DNA from: a virus
Virus record (IMG/VR): IMGVR_UViG_3300046780_000733
Strand: one strand, 5' to 3'
DNA length: 64,000 nucleotides
Position numbers and translations under genes: made by a program
The notes under the pieces: generated by a model
The model's input: only the letters and a program-made list of their open reading frames with translations
The model's database searches: none
Told to the model about the DNA's origin: nothing
Shown: positions 63,872-64,000 of the stretch, piece by piece
Layout of the letters: every line of letters begins with the position of its first letter
Numbering within the stretch: position 1 is the first letter of the stretch

Positions 63872-64000
63872 CTCTTGCTCCTCACGCGAGACGTACCTGG
63901 ACCGCGTTGCCCGTTCTGTAAAAACCGCCGATCGGCACGCCGCCGCTCGCCGCTGCCCCGTCTGAGGCCGCATTAACCAGAATTCCACCGGCCGGAGACA

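Noticed and set aside
53099-63976. Long plus-strand ORFs opposite the structural genes
   Set aside because: Antisense shadows caused by high-GC codon bias; no motifs or RBS
1-64000. CRISPR array, TIGR-like array, DGR or retron
   Set aside because: No regularly spaced repeat-spacer series and no reverse transcriptase or Cas gene seen

Overview
This 64-kb, GC-rich window is an internal segment of a large tailed dsDNA phage or phage-plasmid. It most likely infects a planctomycete, inferred from a RimI-like acetyltransferase and an excisionase-HTH/receiver regulator that resemble planctomycete proteins as I recall them; no search was run. Positions ~1-52 kb are dense with small accessory genes. 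They also hold replication and recombination genes (beta-clamp, SMC-like ATPase, prim-pol, SF2 helicase, Rad52/Sak, RuvC), ParA/ParB, two sigma-70-family factors, CsrA, an XRE repressor, two DNA methyltransferases, many nucleotide-pool enzymes, five HNH/GIY-YIG/EndoVII nucleases, and a cluster of three glycosyltransferases plus two SAM methyltransferases. Positions 53-64 kb encode large, partly Cys-rich virion/tail-like proteins. The most unusual signals are non-coding. A ~330-nt RNA-like fold (43349-43678, minus), closed by a 12-bp helix, lies directly upstream of an HNH gene, which is followed by a perfect three-way-junction element. A 226-nt tRNA-shaped RNA (16642-16867, minus) has a multi-hairpin domain in place of the anticodon loop and its own terminator. 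Two further structured elements occur at 13149-13216 and 32440-32555. Also notable are a nested EcoHK31I-beta-like ORF inside the C5 methyltransferase, duplicated gene-boundary/RBS sequences suggesting cassette shuffling, a recurring ATTCNGAAT operator-like palindrome, and a repressor gene with no in-frame canonical start. No CRISPR array, canonical tRNA, rRNA, integrase or reverse transcriptase was seen. All RNA structures were paired by eye.
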